A stretch of DNA of 64,000 bases, taken from Candidatus Woesearchaeota archaeon. Its GTDB lineage: Archaea > Nanobdellota > Nanobdellia > Woesearchaeales > JAZDKJ01. This document shows, in pieces, positions 19,701 to 26,863 of the stretch; position 1 is the stretch's first letter; every line of letters starts with the position of its first letter. The position numbers and the translations under genes were made by a program. The DNA is taken from NCBI GenBank assembly GCA_043803105.1, contig JAZDKJ010000002.1, forward strand, positions 64,001 to 128,000, in the 5' to 3' direction. The notes below the pieces were generated by a model. That model had not been told where the DNA came from. It searched no databases and saw only the letters and a program-made list of their open reading frames with translations.

Positions 19701-22700
19701 GTGCCATGGCTTAAACTGCATTTCTGCCTGGAACCCTGGCTGGAATGGCTCCATGATAGTGATGTAGTTCCCGCTGCAGGTCGAGCTTGTGTTGTAGAAG
19801 TATAGGCTTCCGTTTGTCGGCTCGTTAGTTGACCACATTACAAATGCTCCCATGTCAAACTCCTGCACTGTGTTCATGCTGACTCTTGGAGCCTCTTTGT
19901 CCATCAACGGATTGTATTGCCCTTGGCACCATGGCGCAAAGCTGCAATCTGAGTCATTGCAATTGGCATTGCCGTCAAGGTCTTCGTCTCCTGGCCTCAT
20001 GCAGTCTTCTATGGGCATGTATTTTCCCTCGCCCATTGTAGCGAATGCGGCACCGCATTTTGTCGGCTCCTTAAAGCAGTCCACTGGATTGAAGTCCACG
20101 CTTCCTGGAGTGTAGTAAGCCTCAAGCTGGTCAAAAGCTTTGATTCTCGAAAAATTGCTCCACCACGACCCGTTTACAGTCACAGCAATTACCCTGAGCG
20201 TGTCCTTGGGGTTGTTGATGTCAGACTTTTGTGTCATTACAACTGCAGGTGCAGCTTCAGTAAATGGTCCACCATCTTCCTCTGGCGGATTGCAGAGCAT
20301 GTCGGGCATTGCTGACAGCCTCATTGCTGAGATAACCCATTGGTTCTGGGTCTCGTTTAAGCATTTGTATGCAGTATAAGTTATGCTGCCGTTAACGTAC
20401 ATTTTTATTATGAACTCAAGCCCGTTGTAGTTTGTCTGCCCAACCCTGATTTGGCATCCTGTATCGTTGCGCTGGTCAGTGTCAAGAGCAAATATCAGCC
20501 TTAGTGCGTTTGTGCCAGTAAGGTTGCATTGTTGACCAGTCAGCTTCAATGTGCTAACGTTGCGCAGCATTGCTCCAAAGAATATGGATTTTGCTCCATC
20601 TTTAACTCCCGTGCCGAGAATGTCTGCATATGTACGATCAGGTGGAGTATCATATGGCTGGTCTGTTCCGATCATTACAGGCGGGCCATTATCCATTCCC
20701 TGGAACATAAAGTCCTGCATTGCCTGGAAAGGGTCTTGTCCTGCAAACTGTCCTCCTCCGGTCAGAGTGTCAATGCCTCCCCCGCATTCAGAAACAGTAT
20801 AGCACTCAGCTTTGTCCATGCAATCGATCAGTGCATCATTATCATTATCTATTCCGTCAAAACATATCTCATACGTGGAATTCTTGTTGCAGAGGTAATA
20901 AGACAGGCTCCAGTTCCAGCCATCGCTTTCACAGCTCTGCTTGCTTGTGCATCCATTCCAGTCCTGGGCTGTGCACGAGGGAACCTTGAATCCTTTTACT
21001 TCGCAGAATCCTTTGCCGCTAAATGGGTCAGTGAACCACTGGCAGCCACCATAACCAGTACTGCCGCCATTTGCTTTGCTGTAGTTACATTGCAGGTCTG
21101 CAAAGCATGCATAGCAGTCGTTGCTGCAGTCTCCTCCTCCACCTCCTTCGAATGGATTGAAGCTCTCAACGCAGATCTTCGGCGGGCTTCCTTTCGGGTT
21201 TGTGGTCCATTGGCATATTCCTGTTGCGCTTGTATTGCACGCAGTTTCGTTTTGGCATGAGAAACATGCATTGCTGCAATCATTGAACTGGGCAAAATCA
21301 GGTTCGCACCTGTGGAACTGTGTATTGTACTTGCATGCGAAATCATCAGTTCCGTTATTGCAATTTTGCTCGCTATTATCAAACTGGAAGCAGTTCATTC
21401 CTCCCTCTTTTGGCCCTGCTCCCATGAATGGGTCATTTCCTGCTCCTCCCCTGAGCATGTCATTCGGACCTCCTCCCTCGTTTGCATTGTTCTCAGTGAA
21501 GCTATTGGTCTCAAAGTTCATTCCTGTGATAGGTATGATTGTGCTCTTCTTGACCGCAATTGTCATTGTTGAAGGCTGCGTGTTGCAGGTCGCCCCTGTT
21601 TTTGATATGTTCACATACACAGGTATGCTCTTATTGTAGGTAAAGCAGTAGCCGCTTCCCCCAAGACAAGTAGGCGCAACTGCATCATATTGCCACATCT
21701 CTCCAAATCCGTCAAGGTTTACTATGAATTGGTAATCAGATCCTGGGAAGCAGTTAGTGCATCCTGTTGACTGGTTGTTGTCTGCATCAAACTCGACAAA
21801 TATTCTGAGGTTCTTGTTGCCTCCGCAGAATTTTGCATTACTTATGTCTGGTGCAAGTACCTGCCAATAGACAAAGTCTTGGTCCTGGTCAACCCATACA
21901 CCTCCCATGTCATATGCAAGGCTTGCCCCCGGGCAGTTTTCTCCGGGCATTGTTCCCTGAACTACGTTTGGTGCAGCACCGTTGTAGCATCCTGGCCCGT
22001 TTGCTGCATAAGGTGGCTTGCTGAAGTCCATCATGGCCCAGTTGGGCTTTGCTGCCCCGCATGCATCCTCATAGCTATCCACAAGCCAGTCGCAGTCATT
22101 GTCTTTTCCATTGCCACAGTTATGCGCAACCAAGGGCTTTATTGCCGGATTTGTTTCATCGCAATCTTTTTTTCCGCAGCCGAATTTTCCAGAGCTGTTG
22201 AATCCATCTCCGTCAAGGTCTTCGCAATTCTTGTTCATGATGAATGTCCAGTTCTTGGTAATGTTTCCCAGAAGGGTGTTTGTTCCGTTAGTGCAGTTGA
22301 CATTCCATTTGTATGCTCCGTTCCTTGGCGACACGCTGAACCTTTGTGTGCCAGGGGTTACATTTAGTGTTGCAGTTGCATTCCAAATGCCTGAGAAATT
22401 TGTTAATAGCGAGCAGTTGCTGTTTCTTGTGACCTGGTATGATAGGTTTACTAATGCGCTTGTGAACTGTGTTCCTATGGGCGGCCCGTTTAGCTTCATA
22501 AAGAAAGGCTGCATGTCCTGCTGCCTGTTGAACGTCCAGTTCTCAGCTGACCATATAGTCCATTTCGGGTTGAAGCATTTGATTTTCCACTTGTAGGTTC
22601 CTGGCGCAAGGTTTGCGGTCACTGTTATGTTGCGAAGGCCCGTCAGGTTAATGCCTGTCTCGTTCGCTCTCCATTCATTGCTGAAGTTTGTGTACAGTGT

Positions 22701-23198
22701 GCAGTTCCAGTTCATTGGCGTGGTTCTGAATTGGTTGAACTTGAAGACATAGGGCACTGATGGGCCTGATATATTCGCCTTGTCCGCTGGCTGCATCGGT
22801 TGGATTGGATTGTTGACATTTATTGTATAATTGTTTGTGGCGTTTATCCACCAGCTCTTGGTTCCATTGGTGGTGCAATTGACGTTCCACTTGTATGCTC
22901 CGAGCGGAAGGTCGAAACCCATCGGAATGACATAATTTCCTGCGCTGAGGTTCCCGCCTGCAGTTATGTTCTTTATTGTATCGTTTGTTCTCCAGCTCCC
23001 TGCGAAGTTTGACCACAAGGTGCAGTTGTTGAACCTCGTGCTCACATTAAAGCTTGCAGTGGCTAATCCCATGGGGTTTTTCGCATCATAGTTATCACTA
23101 GGGTATATTAGCTTGTCGACGACAGAATAGACGCAGATTGACAGAAGTATCATAGCAGTTACGACTGCTAGTAACCAAAGTAGGCCTCTTTTTTGCAT
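13704..23198 (-). CDS. Giant (3164 aa) Cys-rich cell-surface glycoprotein with Ig-like repeats, PGF-pre-PGF domain and C-terminal TM
   Basis: Signal peptide; GxYKWNVNC repeats; DLDGDGF..DCD and CFDGIDNDNDALIDC motifs; many D..AP/KP Ig-like boundaries; abundant N-x-S/T; Gly-rich linker, then VYKYLQI...TPGFSYFVIG; Pro/Thr linker, TM and basic tail. Confidence 0.9.
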   Translation of the reverse strand: MQKRGLLWLLAVVTAMILLSICVYSVVDKLIYPSDNYDAKNPMGLATASFNVSTRFNNCTLWSNFAGSWRTNDTIKNITAGGNLSAGNYVIPMGFDLPLGAYKWNVNCTTNGTKSWWINATNNYTINVNNPIQPMQPADKANISGPSVPYVFKFNQFRTTPMNWNCTLYTNFSNEWRANETGINLTGLRNITVTANLAPGTYKWKIKCFNPKWTIWSAENWTFNRQQDMQPFFMKLNGPPIGTQFTSALVNLSYQVTRNSNCSLLTNFSGIWNATATLNVTPGTQRFSVSPRNGAYKWNVNCTNGTNTLLGNITKNWTFIMNKNCEDLDGDGFNSSGKFGCGKKDCDETNPAIKPLVAHNCGNGKDNDCDWLVDSYEDACGAAKPNWAMMDFSKPPYAANGPGCYNGAAPNVVQGTMPGENCPGASLAYDMGGVWVDQDQDFVYWQVLAPDISNAKFCGGNKNLRIFVEFDADNNQSTGCTNCFPGSDYQFIVNLDGFGEMWQYDAVAPTCLGGSGYCFTYNKSIPVYVNISKTGATCNTQPSTMTIAVKKSTIIPITGMNFETNSFTENNANEGGGPNDMLRGGAGNDPFMGAGPKEGGMNCFQFDNSEQNCNNGTDDFACKYNTQFHRCEPDFAQFNDCSNACFSCQNETACNTSATGICQWTTNPKGSPPKICVESFNPFEGGGGGDCSNDCYACFADLQCNYSKANGGSTGYGGCQWFTDPFSGKGFCEVKGFKVPSCTAQDWNGCTSKQSCESDGWNWSLSYYLCNKNSTYEICFDGIDNDNDALIDCMDKAECYTVSECGGGIDTLTGGGQFAGQDPFQAMQDFMFQGMDNGPPVMIGTDQPYDTPPDRTYADILGTGVKDGAKSIFFGAMLRNVSTLKLTGQQCNLTGTNALRLIFALDTDQRNDTGCQIRVGQTNYNGLEFIIKMYVNGSITYTAYKCLNETQNQWVISAMRLSAMPDMLCNPPEEDGGPFTEAAPAVVMTQKSDINNPKDTLRVIAVTVNGSWWSNFSRIKAFDQLEAYYTPGSVDFNPVDCFKEPTKCGAAFATMGEGKYMPIEDCMRPGDEDLDGNANCNDSDCSFAPWCQGQYNPLMDKEAPRVSMNTVQEFDMGAFVMWSTNEPTNGSLYFYNTSSTCSGNYITIMEPFQPGFQAEMQFKPWHNVMVDNYQNRLGFNLYQSTTYFYKIRNCDRADPANCGQSKCMNFTTRGSKQNVTLMFNLSNTGNNFVDNMNVSINSQKLTKGNFINFNYTNNVNLTFKGPIPGTPNFWEITFVNADLATATSLKLTDSMLANFTSGKYVVGMANGLWLEIAQKLGAEFIIVRLPADGQDLTKCDDSGENCETITSDTLKLNSGTIGGEQYSYWKIPVTYGFSTYTTSGGVNYTLTFATVWNNLAVSVGLNNTKLINVTNGDNFTRTYNISVVSRGAGMSYRINGSYPRLNNVQFSAYQKRILNLTLWATSAGLSYFDVIAVLSTNATIKLNSSDDLPGGSLILNASEVQGTNITIKLMTPGNGTVAEINTSINLKFNVTSNNIGGLLYVNCSLWSNGYGNFEIMYLWPETLPTNSTLTSSANLTIITDSIGTSLWNVKCESTIDPGDFAFAESNYTFNTTPASDHIAPSVNLISPINGYNSSIASNSLICTAADANLKNVSIYHNIGSTWHANETNSSGVNGSYSIPISFAEGSYKWNCFACDIAGNCTFATINRTLTVDLQSPRINMLNVSTDGDRWVRSTDNINLTANVTDVIAVARVTVNHTALSKVSGRPDIWRIRTNLSALGISGDGTHILTFNASDYSGRSNTSTLTLHIDDSKPQVSLALTNDSILRSYQWAKFNVTVADLNISTVQLNSSINQTAMTRSGQYFSLVPRMSWFCKTNGTCTLNFVATDIVGNKNTTTTLSVIVDERKPRVLAPATSDADSKVKSTDSIILTVNASDIDSSIVSVTGNGTAMSNSVGNTWVSAPVTPTALGCANSGTCTLRFIAIDSAGNINSTTTLALTIDNVPPKFNRKAFNVTSKKIGTNQYLKVWANVSDTNGVRNVTVKYDGNPEYTMSLSNGNYSRITTPAELGITTTSTNHAINITACDNVGNCNMTGLSGLNVTAAKPRVLNFTSNVTYVKSSWYINFTAKVNDTLPLTVLLNYTKSNTMRNITDQIIWRKANTTAALGCSNAENVCSFNIIATDSIGNTNNSVRLNIIIDDLKPRVTNFSIDDADRYVRSYRDNIFIVHVNDANISTVKINGTDLTNIYGDTWLVPLTADFKGCLGNTSCSLYISAVDKLGNTNSTVSMTLAIDDVAPKITIHSLTNHTNISSRLVNFTITDNMAMRNSSIMVTGTGVSNYSIGYCTGNNTKLRCAFNAVMSQGAHNLKINLTDKADNNATATVSFLYDNVAPAISGQYVPTTTVSTAASTIVLKYSINDSTAGMSQAWFKLDGQATKYYLNHSRRNTTITERANLSAGTHSLIIYANDTSKNSNSVSVGAFYVLARVNLTNFTGSMERGDAKEVEIYLENGSLATGQLYFNRTIREVIVANSTTGGVNSTINITVYGTNIAIGNAHKPKLTVNLTSIIASAIAAKVGGAKLNAFVMYQNMSYMINDSNYKNASGHAQWVQVHIQRALGTNYVIFIGDDFGTQVYVLGNCAGNARPTTTPSAANACYTNSSTWTKVWVPHLSGAGLANPNNAPSYSITLPAATITDSKLTFSGMIYDLNLNASSCWYNLSKGALTLTRSGTTPSLSQGTTNYSFSISYAGESWFLNLTNETKYNISISCASLGNGNRSSSRTQFLVNDITIPDVSTTVTAADTAASIALTGESYEAFNYTVGYYLSSTKAITNTSSSSFQTEHTISLTTLSDETTYNYTYKYCDRTGNCNTSKQQFTTEATAVTQTPPSSGGGGGGIAKSLTTISKYWDILRQGQNSMSIASAAYGIKKVVFQVSNNTRKASIQVQRFTGKPTDVAEPSGAVYKYLQITLTNIKEEVLSGIEVQFNVPVEWLTNAKAEDVRLKRYVNGAWVELATQIAATGTKDVSFKAQTPGFSYFVIGLKAEEAAAQQPAAPSNETTPPAATGEATAQPTEETTPVPEAQPVTKPKTKMPGTVLLILAVAAVLALAGYLLFKTRKIPRIEREAKAFVEKARKAGKHDFQIADELRRADWPEEKIRKMLKKK

Positions 23199-23342
23199 TA
23201 AAACACCCCAGTGTTATCTGTTTTCATAAAAACCTCCAGTATATATTATTTAAATGTTTCCATTTGAGTATCTATTTTGCATCAGTTATATTGCTATGTG
23301 GATATTTGGCTCTTGCTGTTATTCTGTCCATATAAATGAGAA

Positions 23343-23903
23343 TTAGAGGAGTTCTTCCGCCAAAATCCTCTCGAGCAATTCAATCCTTTTCTTGTTTGTT
23401 GCAAGCTTTCTGTTTGCTTCTTCCACTAACAGTTTCACATATTCTTTTGCTGCTATGACTTTTCCATTTGTTGCAAACAGTGTCTCCATTGCCTCAGTTC
23501 CCACGAGTTCTGCAATTATTCGTGTCTTTACTGATATTATTCCTGAGTGCTTGAGTCCTGCCTTTCGTGCGCAATCAAGCAGCCTGTCAGCTGACTCAAG
23601 GTCTTTGCAGCAGACGTGCAGGATTACTGATTCTTGTTTGAACCACACAGGGTTTTTTCCAATCTTTGAGAGGCATTCCACTACCTCCTCTGCTTTCGCT
23701 TTTGAGTGACTCGAGAAGATAAAGCGATTGTCGCACTTTCTCCTTTGCTTTTCCAGTACAACTATTCTTCCTGCGCACGAGCTTGTGGTGTAATAGTTAG
23801 GATGCTTGTTCAGTTGGTCTACCAGCGTGAGGATTTCTTTGTCTATTTCACCTTTCCTGCTTCTGTCTTTCCTTGGCAATGGTTTTTGGAACATACTAGT
23901 CAA
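23343..23903 (-). CDS. taw3: tRNA wyosine-derivative methyltransferase Taw3/TYW3
   Basis: GEID...YYTTSSCAGRI, ILHV and AGLKHSGI motifs. Confidence 0.88.
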   Translation of the reverse strand: MTSMFQKPLPRKDRSRKGEIDKEILTLVDQLNKHPNYYTTSSCAGRIVVLEKQRRKCDNRFIFSSHSKAKAEEVVECLSKIGKNPVWFKQESVILHVCCKDLESADRLLDCARKAGLKHSGIISVKTRIIAELVGTEAMETLFATNGKVIAAKEYVKLLVEEANRKLATNKKRIELLERILAEELL

Positions 23904-23927
23904 AGATTCAAGAAATACTATAAAAAA

Positions 23928-24728
23928 CTATTTTTCAACCAGCTGCTTCATCTTGCTTACAAAGTCTTCCGCATCCTTGAGGTGCTTCTCGTACTGCGTG
24001 CCAGTCACCTCTTGTATTTCCCTGTGCATGATTTTTCTTGAGATTCCATAGAAGTTTTTCATTATGTGAGCATACCTTGCCTCGATTATTCCTGGCTTTA
24101 CCAGTTTGTCTTCTATCATATCTGCCACGTGCGCAGGGCTTGGGGGAATTTCTCCGTGCTTCATCAGTGCAGCATGCGCAGCGTCGATAACCGCCCAGTA
24201 AAGGTCAACCGTTGCCTGCATTATGTGCATCTTGGAGTTTTGCACTGTGGTTGGCGCCCTCATGAGGTATGTATATATTGATTCGTATGTCGGCCTGATT
24301 TTCCCGTCGTACAGGAGCGCCTGTATCGGGTCAAAGAATCCAGTGTCCAGGAGCGCAACTCCGTCGCGCAGTATGTTTATCGCTATAGGGTCTCCCTTCC
24401 TTACAAGGTCCCAGAAGTTGGTGAACTTTAGTGTAGTGAGGTGTATTCTCCTGTTTGTCTCTCCTACCAGGCGCTGCATTATTATCCTGTACGCCTCGAC
24501 TGCCTCCGGGCTTAGTTCAATTGTGAGGTCATTTACCACTACCATTATGTCTATGTCCATCCTTGAGGTGGTGTTCTTTCTTGCCGCGCTTCCGAACAAT
24601 ACCACAGCCTTGCAGAATGTGCCGAATTCTTTGTATGCTTTCTTTGCAAACTCTCTTGCTGTGTCTAGGTCTTCCTGAGAATACTTCCTCACATGAGGAT
24701 TCGCTTTCTGGTTTATCTTGAATTCCAT
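23928..24728 (-). CDS. Minimal nucleotidyltransferase (MNT) fused to a HEPN-like domain
   Basis: FGS-x10-DID; C-terminal helical domain YWAVIDAAHAAL...H...RKIMH...DAEDFV. Confidence 0.8.
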   Translation of the reverse strand: MEFKINQKANPHVRKYSQEDLDTAREFAKKAYKEFGTFCKAVVLFGSAARKNTTSRMDIDIMVVVNDLTIELSPEAVEAYRIIMQRLVGETNRRIHLTTLKFTNFWDLVRKGDPIAINILRDGVALLDTGFFDPIQALLYDGKIRPTYESIYTYLMRAPTTVQNSKMHIMQATVDLYWAVIDAAHAALMKHGEIPPSPAHVADMIEDKLVKPGIIEARYAHIMKNFYGISRKIMHREIQEVTGTQYEKHLKDAEDFVSKMKQLVEK

Positions 24729-24792
24729 CCCCGCACTGATGCTCAGATTACCATATATTAACTTTTTTGACTATTTTGTAATGGCTACAAGT

Positions 24793-25326
24793 CTAGAATT
24801 CGTTCCTTGAGAATATGCTCACAGGGGTGCTGTGTGCAATAAAGCTCATGTCATGTTTGAACATTGTGGGATGGTAATGTGGGCCATAGACTATGAGCTT
24901 GCCATTCAGCTCATTTGCAAGCTTTAGTTCAAGTTTGTGGTTTAGGCTATCAGGGTAATAGAAGATTATGTCGTAGTTTTTCAGGTTGTGCTCATGATAA
25001 TCGCCATTCAAGAGGTTTGCCTTTATCTTCAGCCGCTTCTTTATCTCTTGTGCCTTGTCATGCAGCTCCTTGTCTATCTCTATGCCTGTTGCACTGGTAA
25101 AGAGCGATGCCACCATTACTGCCTTTCCGTCGCCACTGCCTATGTCTATGAACCTCTTGTAATTTTGTAGCCTCAGCCTTTGAAAGAGTGTGTATAGGTC
25201 GTCAGCCACTGACATTGACCAATACCCAACCCCTGTGTCCTTTAAGGGCAGCCTTCCCCTGCTCAAGAGCTGGTTGTAGAACTTGTCATACTCGCTTTTG
25301 ATGGAGAGAAACTTGGCTAGGTTCAT
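24793..25326 (-). CDS. Class I SAM-dependent methyltransferase
   Basis: FIDIGSGDG motif I, GIEID motif II, NGDY and YDIIF. Confidence 0.85.
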   Translation of the reverse strand: MNLAKFLSIKSEYDKFYNQLLSRGRLPLKDTGVGYWSMSVADDLYTLFQRLRLQNYKRFIDIGSGDGKAVMVASLFTSATGIEIDKELHDKAQEIKKRLKIKANLLNGDYHEHNLKNYDIIFYYPDSLNHKLELKLANELNGKLIVYGPHYHPTMFKHDMSFIAHSTPVSIFSRNEF

Positions 25327-25363
25327 CGGTTGTTTGTACCAAGCGCACTATATAAAATTTGCG

Positions 25364-25891
25364 TTAGATGCTTACCATGTCATAGCGTATCTTGTTATCA
25401 GAACTGTTCGCAAGCTTCCATACATCAAACAATGATTTCTTCATTGGGTTGACATAGACCTCAATCCCTAACTGGTTCCTTATCTTTGCTGCTCGAAGTA
25501 TCTCGTTGATAGTCTCATCGTCAAATTTAGGGTGAAAAAAATCTTGGTCCTCTGTTGCCTTTGGTGCATCGTAGATGAAATATGTGTTTGACGAATAGTC
25601 ATTCTCCTTTATTGTGCTCTTGTAGTTGAAAAGTGCTTCATAATCCACAGCCCTTGCTTCTGATGCCTCGTAGGCAGCCCTTTCTTCAAGGCTGATCTCA
25701 TCTTGTAGAGACTCTTCAAGCTTGTCTTCCAGGTCGTCAGAATCAATGACCAGGCTTATCTTGTCACCAACAATGACAAAGCTTATTGGATTCTCTTTCT
25801 TCTTTGGGCTAATTCCAAGCATTAACGGCAAGAGTTCGTTTATCGTGCTTGTTCTTGTCGAGGCTCCCATGTTGGATATTGTATCCAACAT
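25364..25891 (-). CDS. Acidic hypothetical protein
   Basis: 175-aa ORF filling the gap; TATATAAA upstream on the minus strand. Confidence 0.65.
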   Translation of the reverse strand: MLDTISNMGASTRTSTINELLPLMLGISPKKKENPISFVIVGDKISLVIDSDDLEDKLEESLQDEISLEERAAYEASEARAVDYEALFNYKSTIKENDYSSNTYFIYDAPKATEDQDFFHPKFDDETINEILRAAKIRNQLGIEVYVNPMKKSLFDVWKLANSSDNKIRYDMVSI

Positions 25892-25956
25892 AGCTTATTT
25901 ATATAGTTTTGCATAAGCAGTTAGCTTTAAATCTCAACGCGCATTTTCTTAATACC

Positions 25957-26862
25957 ATGCGAACCTTGACATGTCCTCTGCTTTCCAAGCTTGACGAAGC
26001 TAGCTACCTCAATCTGATAACGCATGTATTTGCCTCTGGCAAAGGTGCTGAGCGCTTGTTTATTCTTGGCTCAAACGGTGAGTTCGACAGTCTGTCAATG
26101 CCAGAGAAAAAATTTCTCGTTGATATTGCTGCATATGAAGTCAGGAAGTTAAAGGCAAAACTTGGTCCTATTATTCCAGAGCTCGCAGTAGGCATAACGT
26201 CAGAGAGCCTTGACGAGACCATCGAGCTCGCACAATACGCAGAGCGATTGGGAGCTGATTATATCGTGTTAATGCCTTTGTATGTGCTGCAGAATGACCC
26301 ATTCTGCCACGGCCAGAGTGCAGTGCAGGTAGCAGATACCTGCCTGCGATATACTAGGTCTATTCCTTTGATATTGTACAATAATGCTGAAAAGGCAGGA
26401 AGAAATCTTGACCCAAGCGAAGTCGCTAAGCTTGGCTCAAACCGTAGGGTTGTGGCCTGCAAGGACAGTTCAGGTGATCCTCAATTGACCGACAAGCTTG
26501 CAGAAGCTTTGGGGCCAAAGGTAGAAATGCTCGTTGGGGACGAGGTCAAAGGTTTAAGTGAGCCACACGACGGAATTGTCGCAGGCTCTTCAAATGTGCT
26601 GCCTGTGGCATGGCAGATCGCAACCAAGCGAGAAATACATGACTCAAAAATGGCATACATCGCCGGACACCTTGCTGATTTTCCGCAGGTCTACAGGGAT
26701 AATCCTATAGGTGCATTTCATTACTTGCTCTTCAGGATGGGTGTTTTTGAATCCCCAGAACCTATTAATCCAGGCCTAAAGGTTAATATTGCTCAGACGC
26801 AGCGCCTTGACAAGCTATTGCGGGAAACGGATTTCAAAGACTTGTATTCTTTGAATCATTAG
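25957..26862 (+). CDS. Dihydrodipicolinate synthase/N-acetylneuraminate lyase family protein
   Basis: GSNGE, GAD..VLMP.Y, LYNN and Schiff-base KDSSGD. Confidence 0.82.
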   Translation: MRTLTCPLLSKLDEASYLNLITHVFASGKGAERLFILGSNGEFDSLSMPEKKFLVDIAAYEVRKLKAKLGPIIPELAVGITSESLDETIELAQYAERLGADYIVLMPLYVLQNDPFCHGQSAVQVADTCLRYTRSIPLILYNNAEKAGRNLDPSEVAKLGSNRRVVACKDSSGDPQLTDKLAEALGPKVEMLVGDEVKGLSEPHDGIVAGSSNVLPVAWQIATKREIHDSKMAYIAGHLADFPQVYRDNPIGAFHYLLFRMGVFESPEPINPGLKVNIAQTQRLDKLLRETDFKDLYSLNH

Positions 26863-26863
26863 C

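Noticed and set aside
14026-23016. Many overlapping alternative-frame and antisense ORFs within the giant gene (and within dnaK and polB)
   Set aside because: Shadow ORFs expected from codon bias; no motifs or start signals
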